From: Vulcanimicrobiota bacterium
GTDB taxonomy: Bacteria; Vulcanimicrobiota; Vulcanimicrobiia; Eremiobacterales; Eremiobacteraceae
Assembly (NCBI GenBank): GCA_963805945.1
Contig: CAWDVP010000001.1
Span: forward strand, 32,001 to 96,000
Direction: 5' to 3'
DNA: 64,000 bases
Under the pieces are notes generated by a model. That model worked only from the letters and a program-made list of their open reading frames with translations. It ran no database searches and was not told the DNA's origin. Shown here piece after piece: positions 22,697-31,344 of the stretch. The position numbers and the translations under genes were made by a program. Position 1 is the first letter of the stretch. Each line of letters begins with the position of its first letter.

Positions 22697-24277
22697 ATGA
22701 AGAAGTACGACGCGATCATCATCGGCGGCGGGCACAACGGCCTGGTGACCGCCGGCTATCTGGCGCGCGCGGGCCGCAAAGTGCTCGTGCTCGAGCGCCG
22801 CTACATCGTCGGCGGCGCCTGCGTCACCGAACAGCCGTTTCCGGGCTTCAAAGTTTCTACCGCGGCATACGTCAATAGCCTCTTCCGCCCCGAGATCATC
22901 CGTGACTTGCGGCTGCGAGATTACGGATTCGATCTCATCGAGCGCAACCCGGCGTCGTTCTCCCCGACACTGGACGGACGTTACCTCATGCTCGGCTCGG
23001 GCGTCGATTCGGACGTGCGCGAGATCGCGAAGTTCAGCGAAAAAGACGCGCGCGCGTACCCGCTCTACGAGCAGATGCTCGAACGCGTCGCCTCAGTGGT
23101 CGAGCCGACGCTCGTGCAGTCACCGCCGAACGTCGCCAAACCAGGCCTGGGTGACCTGTTCAAAATGGCGCCGCTCGGACGCAGCTTGGGCAAGCTCGGA
23201 TCAGCCATGGGCGAGGCGATCGAGGTGCTCACCGGACCGGCCACGCCGATCCTCGACCGCTGGTTCGAGTCCGAACAGTTGAAAGGCACGCTGGCGACCG
23301 ACGCGATCATCGGCGCGTTCGCGTCGCCGTCTATGCCCGGCACCGCGTACGTGCTTTTCCATCACGTCATGGGCGAGACGAACGGCAAACGCGGCGTTTG
23401 GGCGTACGTGCGAGGCGGCATGGGCGGGCTCACCCAAGCGCTCGCGCGGGCGGCGGCCGACCTCGGCGCGGAGATCCGCACCGAAGCGGAGGTGTCGAAG
23501 ATCCTCGTGCGTGACGGCGCGGTCGAGGGCGTCGTCTTGCGCAACGGCGACGAGTTCCGAGCACGCCATGTCGCGAGCAATGCGGATTGCAACGTCACGT
23601 TCTTGCAGCTGCTCGACACGAAGCTGCTGCCCGACGATTTCGTCGCAGCGGTCAAGCGCATCGACTACGGCAGCGCGTCGCTGAAGATCAACGCGGCGGT
23701 ATCGTCGTTGCCGAACTTCACCGCATGTCCAGGAACCCAGGCCGGGCCGCAGCATCACGGCACGGTGCACCTGGTGCCAAGCCAGGAGTTCATCGAACGC
23801 GCCTTCGACGATGCGAAGTACGGCTATCCTTCGAAGGAGCCGGTGGTCGAGTGCCAGTTCCCATCGTCATTGGATCCCAGCCTGGCGCCGGCCGGCAAGC
23901 ACGTCATGTCGATGTTCGTGCAGTACGCGCCGTATCACCTCAAGGGAGGCACGTGGGACGACGCCACTAAGAACGCGTTTGCGGACCGCTGCTTCGACAT
24001 CGTCGAGCGCTATGCGCCCGGCTTCAAGAGCTCAGTGATCGCGCGCCAGGTGCTCAGCCCGGTCGATCTCGAGCGCACGTTCAATCTGACCGGCGGCAAC
24101 ATATTCCAAGGATCGATGTCGTTGCACCAGCTGTTCATGTTCCGCCCCGTGCCGGGATTTGCAAGCTATCGCACGCCGATCCGAGGTTTGTATTTGTGCG
24201 GCGCGGCTGCGCATCCCGGAGGCGGGGTCATGGGTGCCGCTGGTTGGAACGCCGCGCGCGAAATGCTGCGGGCGTAA
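22697..24277 (+). CDS. Phytoene desaturase-like NAD(P)/FAD oxidoreductase (PYROXD2-like)
   Basis: YDAIIIGGGHNGLV, GGMGGLT, GGNIFQG, LYLCGAAAHPGGGVMGAAG. Confidence 0.9.
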   Translation: MKKYDAIIIGGGHNGLVTAGYLARAGRKVLVLERRYIVGGACVTEQPFPGFKVSTAAYVNSLFRPEIIRDLRLRDYGFDLIERNPASFSPTLDGRYLMLGSGVDSDVREIAKFSEKDARAYPLYEQMLERVASVVEPTLVQSPPNVAKPGLGDLFKMAPLGRSLGKLGSAMGEAIEVLTGPATPILDRWFESEQLKGTLATDAIIGAFASPSMPGTAYVLFHHVMGETNGKRGVWAYVRGGMGGLTQALARAAADLGAEIRTEAEVSKILVRDGAVEGVVLRNGDEFRARHVASNADCNVTFLQLLDTKLLPDDFVAAVKRIDYGSASLKINAAVSSLPNFTACPGTQAGPQHHGTVHLVPSQEFIERAFDDAKYGYPSKEPVVECQFPSSLDPSLAPAGKHVMSMFVQYAPYHLKGGTWDDATKNAFADRCFDIVERYAPGFKSSVIARQVLSPVDLERTFNLTGGNIFQGSMSLHQLFMFRPVPGFASYRTPIRGLYLCGAAAHPGGGVMGAAGWNAAREMLRA

Positions 24278-24279
24278 TT

Positions 24280-24386
24280 TTTCGCGATACTCGGAGACCG
24301 TCCAACCGGGCCACGCTTGCTAGCTCACCGCCGGCCCGGCCGACGGCCTCGTGCCGCTCGAGCACGAGGACCGCGTCGTATCGCAT
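24280..24386 (-). pseudogene. Possible remnant of an FAD oxidoreductase N-terminus
   Basis: Reads MRYDAVLVLERHEAVG after an AGAAGG RBS-like site; resembles MKKYDA...VLVLERRYIVG with the GxGxxG segment deleted. Confidence 0.4.
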
Positions 24387-24462
24387 GCTCTGAGCCTTCT
24401 TCTCACAAAACTCTCATGCCCGCCTCAAGTGCTCTTCATCGAGCGGGTCGTATACTGTCCCC

Positions 24463-25986
24463 ATGAGTACCAGTGTTGATCAACTCACCGGCACCGGTGC
24501 AGAATTTCGCCCTGCAGGCACGCTGCTCGATCCCAACGTGGCCCTCGCGCCTTACAAAGGCCAGTGGAGCCCACGGCTCGCCGCGCATCTGCTGCGGCGT
24601 GCGGGCTTCGGGGGCTCGCCGCAAGAGATCGCCACGCTGTCGTCCGCCGGCATGCACGGCGCCGTCGACGCCTTGCTCCATTTCAGCCAAGACTCGCTGC
24701 CCACACAGCCCGACGGCGACATCAGCTACGAATTCGGACCCAACGCGGATAAGACGCAGCTGCGCCGCGCCTACTTGGCGACGACGCTCTGGTACGTCAA
24801 CCGCCTGCTGCTCACGCCGAACCCGCTGCGCGAGCGCATGGTGTATTTCTGGAGCAACCACTTCACCAGCGGCATCGTGCAGGATGGCATCACGCCGCAG
24901 ATGACTGTCGATCAGTACAACCTCTTCGGACGTTTCGCGCTCGGCAACTACGCGCAGCTGACGCACGAGATCTCTAAGAACGCCGCCATGTTGCTGTACC
25001 TGAACAACGCGCAGAACCGGGTGCAGCATCCCAACGAGAATTACGCGCGCGAGCTGATGGAGCTCTTCACCTTGGGCATCGGCAACTACACCGAGCAGGA
25101 CGTCCGCGAGAGCGCGCGTGCGTTCACCGGCTGGACGGTGAACCGGCGTGCCGGCGACACGGTGGTGTTCATGCCGCGCTTCCACGACGACGGCTCGAAG
25201 ACGTTCCTCGGCCACAGCGGCAATTTCATGGGCGACGACATCGTCGACATCATCATGGGCCAAAGCGCGACGTCGCGCTACATGGCGCACAAATTCGCGC
25301 GCAACTTCATCTATGACAATCCCGAGCCTGAGCTCATCGATGCGCTTGCCGCGCGTTTCCGCGCGAGCGGCTACGACGTCGCCGAACTCATGAGCGTGAT
25401 CCTGCGCTCCGACATCTTCTACTCGGACCGCGCCTACCGCTCGCTCGTCAAGAGCCCGCTGGAACTGGTCATCGGCGCGCACAAGATGCTCGGCGCCACC
25501 CGGGTGGAGCCCGCCGCGCTCGGCGCGCTCGATCGCATGGGCCAGACGCCGATGCGCCCGCCCAACGTCGCGGGCTGGCCGGGCGGCGCGCTGTGGCTCA
25601 ACACCGGCACGCTGCTGTCGCGCATCAACTACCTCAATCAGCTGGCGCTGTCGAAGGCGGCGGCACCGGCGGCTCCGGGCGGCGACATGAACATGAATAC
25701 GATGATGGACAACCCCGCCGCCGCGCAGCGCATGCCCGCCAACGTCGCCGATCCGACGCAATGGATCGCCGGCGTGGCGCCGACCGACCCCGTCGCGGTG
25801 ACCAATCGCGTGCTGTTCATGACGGTGCAGGGTGACGCGACGCCACAGCAGGCGCAGACCATCCTCAACTACCTCTCCACCGATGCGAGCGGCGTCAAGG
25901 CGCCGCTGTCGATGGAGAATCTCGACGAGAAGGTGCGCGGAGCGATGAGCCTTGCGCTCGCGCTGCCGAGCTACCAACTGGCCTAG
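24463..25986 (+). CDS. DUF1800 family protein
   Basis: AAHLLRRAGFG, LRERMVYFWSNHF, PNENYARELMELFTLG, PPNVAGW. Confidence 0.95.
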   Translation: MSTSVDQLTGTGAEFRPAGTLLDPNVALAPYKGQWSPRLAAHLLRRAGFGGSPQEIATLSSAGMHGAVDALLHFSQDSLPTQPDGDISYEFGPNADKTQLRRAYLATTLWYVNRLLLTPNPLRERMVYFWSNHFTSGIVQDGITPQMTVDQYNLFGRFALGNYAQLTHEISKNAAMLLYLNNAQNRVQHPNENYARELMELFTLGIGNYTEQDVRESARAFTGWTVNRRAGDTVVFMPRFHDDGSKTFLGHSGNFMGDDIVDIIMGQSATSRYMAHKFARNFIYDNPEPELIDALAARFRASGYDVAELMSVILRSDIFYSDRAYRSLVKSPLELVIGAHKMLGATRVEPAALGALDRMGQTPMRPPNVAGWPGGALWLNTGTLLSRINYLNQLALSKAAAPAAPGGDMNMNTMMDNPAAAQRMPANVADPTQWIAGVAPTDPVAVTNRVLFMTVQGDATPQQAQTILNYLSTDASGVKAPLSMENLDEKVRGAMSLALALPSYQLA

Positions 25987-25999
25987 GAGCACGATCGCG

Positions 26000-27223
26000 A
26001 TGTCGAACAGACGGCAATTCTTGATCCAAAGCGTCGGCGGTTTCGCCGGCTTCCTGTCGATCGATTCGATCTTCGCGCGCGCCGCGCGGGCGGCGACGCA
26101 GGCGCCTGCCGCCGCGAACTCCGGACGCACGCTGGTCGTCGTCAATTTCCAAGGCGGCAACGACGGCCTCAACACGGTCGTGCCGTACGGCGATCCGACC
26201 TACTATCGCGTCCGCCCGACGATCAACATCCCGCAGGACCAGGTGGTGAAGCTCGACAGCATGCTGGGCCTGAACCCGCAGCTCGCCGCGCTCAAGCCGC
26301 TGTTCGACCAGCAGCGTCTCGCCGTGCTTCAAGGCGTGCACTATCCGAATCCGAATCTCTCGCACTTCCGCTCGACCGAGATCTGGCAGACCGCCGCACC
26401 GGAGAAATACCTGGACACCGGTTGGGCCGGGCGCTACCTCGACGTCGAGGGCAAGGGCGCGGCGCCAAATCTGTTCGCCGGCGTCGCGGTCGGGCCGGTG
26501 CTGCCGAAGATGATGGTCGCCGAGCGCACCGACGTCCCCACCATCAGCGACCTGCGCGGCTTCAAGTTCAACGGCGCGCGCGACGAGCAAGCGCAAGCCG
26601 ATCGGATCCTCGGCGGCGACGGCGTCAAGTATCCTTTCCAGAGCCCGTATCTGCAGCTCGTGCAGGACGTCGAGACGCACGCGCACGCTGCGTCCAACCA
26701 GCTGCCGCACCTCGTCGACGGCTACAAGGCGGCGGCCGAGTATCCGAAGACCCCGTTCGCGCAAGGCCTCAATCTGATCGCCGGCGTCGTCAACGCCAAC
26801 GTCGGGACCAAGGTCTTCTACATCAGCCTCGGCTCGTTCGACACGCACGTCGGGCAGCGCGCGCAGCAAGACCGCCTGCTCGAGCAGTTCGCCTCCGGCA
26901 TGGCCGCCTTCTATCAGGACCTCGCCGCGCACGGCAATGACGGCAAGGTGCTCGCCATGACGTTCTCCGAGTTCGGGCGCCGCGTCGGCGAGAACGCCAA
27001 CCGCGGCACCGACCACGGCACAGCCGCGCCGATGTTCCTCATCGGCGGCAACGCCAAGGGCGGCATCTACGGCGACCATCCGAGCCTCACCGATCTCGAC
27101 TACGGCAACCTCAAGTGGCACACCGACTTCCGTTCGGTGTACGCGACGGTGCTCGAGCGCTGGCTGGGCATCGGCTCCGCCCCGATCCTCGGCTCGCAGT
27201 TCGACACGCTTACGGTGGTGTAG
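26000..27223 (+). CDS. DUF1501 family protein (Tat signal)
   Basis: NRRQFL, GGNDGLNTVVP, SHFRS, FDTH, FSEFGRR, GTDHG. Confidence 0.95.
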   Translation: MSNRRQFLIQSVGGFAGFLSIDSIFARAARAATQAPAAANSGRTLVVVNFQGGNDGLNTVVPYGDPTYYRVRPTINIPQDQVVKLDSMLGLNPQLAALKPLFDQQRLAVLQGVHYPNPNLSHFRSTEIWQTAAPEKYLDTGWAGRYLDVEGKGAAPNLFAGVAVGPVLPKMMVAERTDVPTISDLRGFKFNGARDEQAQADRILGGDGVKYPFQSPYLQLVQDVETHAHAASNQLPHLVDGYKAAAEYPKTPFAQGLNLIAGVVNANVGTKVFYISLGSFDTHVGQRAQQDRLLEQFASGMAAFYQDLAAHGNDGKVLAMTFSEFGRRVGENANRGTDHGTAAPMFLIGGNAKGGIYGDHPSLTDLDYGNLKWHTDFRSVYATVLERWLGIGSAPILGSQFDTLTVV

Positions 27224-27245
27224 GGGTCGACCTTTAGGTCGACCC
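27220..27245 (+). repeat. REP family B copy; its GTAG supplies the DUF1501 stop codon
   Basis: GTAG-GGGTCGACCT-TT-AGGTCGACCC perfect 10 bp stem. Confidence 0.85.
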
Positions 27246-27260
27246 ACAAGGAGACCAAAC

Positions 27261-27623
27261 ATGGAGCGCAAGCGATTCTTAGCGGCAGCCGCGATGGCGA
27301 GCGCCGCGTTTGCAGCGGTGGGCGTCGCAGCGAACGGCGACAGCGCCAGCACAGGTAATTCCGGCAGCAGCGCGTGCCAACCGGGCGCATCGTTGCCGCG
27401 TCCGTCGGGCAGTCCGCATCCGCACACGGCGCGCACTCCGGTGTCGGAAGTGGAGTCAGCGGAACGGCACGTCGAGCGGGTCGTCCAGATGTTGCAGCGC
27501 GACCCGAACGACTACGGCGGCCACAAGGCGCCCGCCATCGCGGCTCTGCTCCAGGCAAGCGGCGAGCTCCAGCAAGCGGTCGCGTACAACACCGAGCATC
27601 CGACCGCGGCGGCCACGCCGTAG
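27261..27623 (+). CDS. Small exported helical protein (Tat-like signal)
   Basis: AAGGAG RBS; MERKRFLAAAA; DYGGHKAPAIAAL helical hairpin. Confidence 0.7.
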   Translation: MERKRFLAAAAMASAAFAAVGVAANGDSASTGNSGSSACQPGASLPRPSGSPHPHTARTPVSEVESAERHVERVVQMLQRDPNDYGGHKAPAIAALLQASGELQQAVAYNTEHPTAAATP

Positions 27624-27625
27624 AT

Positions 27626-27650
27626 GGTCGAATAAATTCGACCGCTCCAT
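27626..27650 (-). repeat. REP family A copy filling the gap between convergent genes
   Basis: GGTCGAAT-AA-ATTCGACC-GCTCCAT. Confidence 0.9.
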
Positions 27651-27652
27651 AA

Positions 27653-28861
27653 CTAAGGGCTGTAGGTCACCCGGTACACATAACCGTTCAGGTCGTCGCT
27701 GATGTAGAGCGAGCCGTCTGCCGCGACAGCCAGTCCCACCGGCCGACCGCTGACGTTGGAGTTCGCCAACCAGCCGGTGATGAAATCTGCATAGCTCACC
27801 GGCTGCCCGTTTTGGAAGGTCACGAAGACCACTTTGTAGCCCGTCTTCACGTCGCGATCCCACGAGCCGTGGAACGCGACGAACGCTCCACCGCGGTATG
27901 GCAACGGGAACATAGTCGCGTCGTAGAACGTGATGCCGAGCGGCGCCGAGTGCGCTTGGAGCGGCAACGTGGTCTTGACCTGGCCCGCACAGTTCGGGTT
28001 CGGCACCGGTGAGTCGGGGCTGGGCTGACGAGCGCCTGTGAGATCGGGATAGCATGACGGCCAGCCATAATCGCCATTGGCGACCACCATGTCGAACTCG
28101 TCCGGCGGCAGATCCTGATGGTTCGGCGTCAAGTTGTCGCGCTGGTTCACGACCATCCACAACTGGCCGGAATGGTCGAACGCGAGGCCGCTGCCGTTAC
28201 GCACCCCGGACGCATAGATCTGCGGCTTGGTGCCATCGACGTTCACGTGCATGATGGTCGCCAATTTGGGGTCCGATTCGGCGCAGAGGTTGCAGTCCGA
28301 ACCCGACGATTCGAAGACGGTGCTATCCGGCGCGATCGCGAGCGAGCGGTTGTTGTGAACCCCGTTGCGCGTGAGGTCGGTGTACAGCGGCTGCACGGTG
28401 GTCCCCGTTGGATAATTGCGGATGACGGAGAACCCGGTCCAGGTCGCGATGTAGAGGTCACTGCCCTTGAACGCCAAGCCGTGCGGTCGCTCGAGATTGG
28501 ATGCGACTACGTGCGGCGCCGCGGATACGGACTGGCCCGGCGCGATCGCAACGACCTGGCCGTTGTTCGTCTCGGACACCAGCAAGTCGCCATTGGGCGC
28601 GACGGCCATGAAGCGAGCGCCAGAGACGTTCGTCGAGACCATGCTGACGCGGAAGCCCGTCGGAACGGTGAGCGCCATCGGCGGGGTGGGTCCCGGCGTG
28701 GGGGTCGCGCCGAACGGCGTCGGCGTCGCCCCCATCCCCGTCGGGGCCAAGGACGAGGACGCGCACGCAGCCAGCGCCGCGGCGAAGACCGCCGCCGCCG
28801 CGGCGATCGTCATCGCGACCGTTTTCTGGGCCACCGCGCGGGGTCTCGAACTTCTCATCAT
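27653..28861 (-). CDS. PQQ-dependent sugar/sorbosone dehydrogenase family lipoprotein
   Basis: Lipobox LAAC; SGVRN, VVNQRD, YGWP, AHSAPLG, FHGSWDR, RPVG, ISDD. Confidence 0.9.
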   Translation of the reverse strand: MMRSSRPRAVAQKTVAMTIAAAAAVFAAALAACASSSLAPTGMGATPTPFGATPTPGPTPPMALTVPTGFRVSMVSTNVSGARFMAVAPNGDLLVSETNNGQVVAIAPGQSVSAAPHVVASNLERPHGLAFKGSDLYIATWTGFSVIRNYPTGTTVQPLYTDLTRNGVHNNRSLAIAPDSTVFESSGSDCNLCAESDPKLATIMHVNVDGTKPQIYASGVRNGSGLAFDHSGQLWMVVNQRDNLTPNHQDLPPDEFDMVVANGDYGWPSCYPDLTGARQPSPDSPVPNPNCAGQVKTTLPLQAHSAPLGITFYDATMFPLPYRGGAFVAFHGSWDRDVKTGYKVVFVTFQNGQPVSYADFITGWLANSNVSGRPVGLAVAADGSLYISDDLNGYVYRVTYSP

Positions 28862-28996
28862 CGATTCACGGACGATTCATAAGCGTCTTAGCGCCGGCTC
28901 ATGTTCGGGGGAACCATGTCCGCTATGCTCATTGCAGTCGGATCTTCCTCCGAGCGTTCCGTCGCTCGACTTCACCAAGAAAGGGTTCTTCATATC

Positions 28997-30100
28997 ATGC
29001 GTACGCGCACTCTCTCCATCTTCGCAGTGATCGCCGCCATCACCCTCGCCGGGTGCGCAGGCGGCGGCAGCGCGAGTCCGTTCAACAATCCGTCTGCACC
29101 GGGTTCCGGCTCGCAGATGACGGCGCAGGAAGCCGCTCAGACCGGCGCCAGCACGGCGCTGTCCGAGATCGAGAACCATAACCTCGACAGCTCGCTCTTC
29201 TCAGGTTCGGTCGGCACGGTGCTCTCGAGCTCGCGATTGCCGATGTCGGTCGGATCGAAGACGACCGGGACGTGCAACAACGGCGTCATCAAGACGGTGA
29301 CCGTCGTGAGCCCGACCGAGACGATCTACGACGTCCAGAGTTTCTACGACCTCGGCTGCACGCAGATCCGCCGCGACTCGTCCTCTGACGTGCAACAGCC
29401 CAACGCCTCGACTGAGAACATCGTCCGCACGATCAAGAACTACAATGCGGCCGGCCTGCTCATGTCGACGCGCACCACCAACTACTCGGTCACCGGCGCG
29501 CCTGGGAACTTCTCGGCCGTCGTGACCAGCGCGCTGCTCATCGGCACGTCTCCGACTCCCGAAGAGCAGGGCGGCCACCAGCTCACCGTCGCGCCACAGA
29601 ACGCCAACGTCTGGACGATCGCCGGCAACGGCGCCCGCATCGAAAACGTCGCCGTGCCTAGCATCAACGAGTCCTTCGGCAGCGATTCCGTGCTCCAGAA
29701 CGTCACCGCGACGACCGACGTCTCCGGCGACGTGACCTTCGCAGGCACGCGCAACCGGACGTACTTCAAAGGTGCGCTCGGCAGCCTGAGCATCCCGGCG
29801 AGCCCGCCGTTCTCGGTCTCGGGCGGCACGAACCTCGGCACGGGTTCGCTCACCGGCTCGGTGCAGTTCGACTCGAACGATCAGCTGCTCAGCGTCGCGC
29901 TCAACGGCACGTTCGCGAACGGCAACACCGTCGTCGTGACGAGCTCCGGCACAGGACCCTCGATCTCGATCAACGGTGTCATCTCCAACCCGTCGGGCAC
30001 GCAGCTGGCGACCTTCTCGGTCGACCGCTTCGGCAACGGCTTGATCACCTACGCGAACGGCGCGCAGGCGGTCATCCTCGACTGGCACGTGGTCAAGTAA
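28997..30100 (+). CDS. Ser/Thr/Gly-rich beta-strand lipoprotein, unknown function
   Basis: Lipobox LAGC; GAAAGG RBS. Confidence 0.75.
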   Translation: MRTRTLSIFAVIAAITLAGCAGGGSASPFNNPSAPGSGSQMTAQEAAQTGASTALSEIENHNLDSSLFSGSVGTVLSSSRLPMSVGSKTTGTCNNGVIKTVTVVSPTETIYDVQSFYDLGCTQIRRDSSSDVQQPNASTENIVRTIKNYNAAGLLMSTRTTNYSVTGAPGNFSAVVTSALLIGTSPTPEEQGGHQLTVAPQNANVWTIAGNGARIENVAVPSINESFGSDSVLQNVTATTDVSGDVTFAGTRNRTYFKGALGSLSIPASPPFSVSGGTNLGTGSLTGSVQFDSNDQLLSVALNGTFANGNTVVVTSSGTGPSISINGVISNPSGTQLATFSVDRFGNGLITYANGAQAVILDWHVVK

Positions 30101-30116
30101 GACACCATACACAAGC

Positions 30117-30141
30117 GGTGGAATGAATTCGACCGCTCCAT
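30117..30141 (-). repeat. REP family A copy (one stem mismatch)
   Basis: GGTGGAAT-GA-ATTCGACC-GCTCCAT. Confidence 0.8.
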
Positions 30142-30153
30142 ACCGGGAAAAGC

Positions 30154-30188
30154 GAAAGGGACGGGCTTGAGGGCCCGTCCCTTTCTTC
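30154..30188. terminator. Probable bidirectional intrinsic terminator
   Basis: GAAAGGGACGGGC-TTGAGG-GCCCGTCCCTTTC between convergent genes. Confidence 0.8.
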
Positions 30189-30202
30189 TCGCGGGGGATC
30201 TT

Positions 30203-30550
30203 CTATTCGGCTTCGGTGCGCCGTTCGGGCTCCGCGGTCGCGCGCATCGGGTTGTTCGAGCAGCGCCGGCACGCATAGGTCGCGATGGTGCGGAAGGCAG
30301 CCTTGTTCACTTCACGCCGCGCGGTGAGCCGGAAGCGCGTATACGCCTCATCGAAGGCGCTCTCCGCGCCGTTCCCGGCGAACAGGTCCATGGTGAAGTG
30401 CTCGCAGCAGGCCGCGCACATCGAATCGGTCTTGAACAGCGGGCAGCGCATGCATCCTTCACCGTGATCACCGAAATGATTCCACGCCTCGGGGCTCGGG
30501 GGAATAGGCCCTTCCAGCAGGCCTGTAAGCAGCTCGTTGACGTTCGTCAT
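30203..30550 (-). CDS. Cys-rich hypothetical protein
   Basis: H...H..CMRC...CAACCEH...CRRC. Confidence 0.6.
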   Translation of the reverse strand: MTNVNELLTGLLEGPIPPSPEAWNHFGDHGEGCMRCPLFKTDSMCAACCEHFTMDLFAGNGAESAFDEAYTRFRLTARREVNKAAFRTIATYACRRCSNNPMRATAEPERRTEAE

Positions 30551-30605
30551 GATGCCCGTATGACTAGCCCAACGGTAAATTTGTGTCGGCCTCGAAGCCG
30601 TTCTC

Positions 30606-30755
30606 ATGGACGAACAGGTGTTCACCGTGGGCCAGCTCGCCGGGCCGGGGACCTACCGCTGCGAGGCGTGCGGCCGCGAGACGGCCGAGTACGCCCTCTC
30701 CTTCGAGATCGAGCCGTGCCCGTGCGGCGGGACCCTTTTCCGCCGGGTTGATTGA
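30606..30755 (+). CDS. 49-aa zinc-ribbon protein (absent from the ORF track)
   Basis: MDEQVFTVGQLAGPGTYRCEACGRETAEYALSFEIEPCPCGGTLFRRVD*. Confidence 0.75.
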   Translation: MDEQVFTVGQLAGPGTYRCEACGRETAEYALSFEIEPCPCGGTLFRRVD

Positions 30756-30789
30756 TAGACCAAGCACCCCGGTCTGAAACGCCGAACTC

Positions 30790-30810
30790 GGTCGAATAAA
30801 TTCGACCGCT
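30790..30810 (-). repeat. REP family A copy
   Basis: GGTCGAAT-AA-ATTCGACC-GCT. Confidence 0.85.
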
Positions 30811-30815
30811 GCAGG

Positions 30816-31322
30816 CTACCTGCGCTTGCCGTCCTTGAAGAGCCATGGCATGTCGGCTTCGCACGAATAGCCGCGCCAGCCGGCGAGCTTCACGCCGCCG
30901 AACTTGCCGAGGATGCGCACGCCGGCCGTCGCTTTGGCTTTGCCAAAACCGGGCAGGGCGAGCAAACGTTCGTAGACTTCGTCCGCGCGTCGCGCGCCTT
31001 GCCAAAGCCTGGCGCCCTTGCCGCCGTAGTCTTCGACGATCGCTGCGCAGACCGCCCGCACCCGCTTGGCCATCATGCCCGGATACCGATGCAGCGCGGG
31101 CTTCTCGCGGAAGATCTTGTCCAGTTTCCCCGGCGAGAGGGCCGCGATCTTGGCCGCGTCGAGCGTGCCGAGTCGGCGGCGCAACTCGTACGGCCCGATC
31201 ATCGCCTTCTCCGTGCGCACCTGCTGCTCGAGACATAGCCCGATGAGCAGCGCCGTGCCGTCGCGCGCGAGCAGGGCGTTGGCCGCGGCGTTCGGCGTGA
31301 AAGGGTACGAGGATTTCGCCAT
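30816..31322 (-). CDS. HhH-GPD-type base excision repair family protein
   Basis: ALLIGLCLEQQV..EKA, PALHRYPGMMAKRV, LLALPGFGKAKA. Confidence 0.85.
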   Translation of the reverse strand: MAKSSYPFTPNAAANALLARDGTALLIGLCLEQQVRTEKAMIGPYELRRRLGTLDAAKIAALSPGKLDKIFREKPALHRYPGMMAKRVRAVCAAIVEDYGGKGARLWQGARRADEVYERLLALPGFGKAKATAGVRILGKFGGVKLAGWRGYSCEADMPWLFKDGKRR

Positions 31323-31344
31323 ACGGCGGCGCACTTTGTCCGCC

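Noticed and set aside
22697..24277. Carotenoid biosynthesis locus
   Set aside because: No crtB/crtE nearby, and the motifs fit the broad PYROXD2-like subfamily
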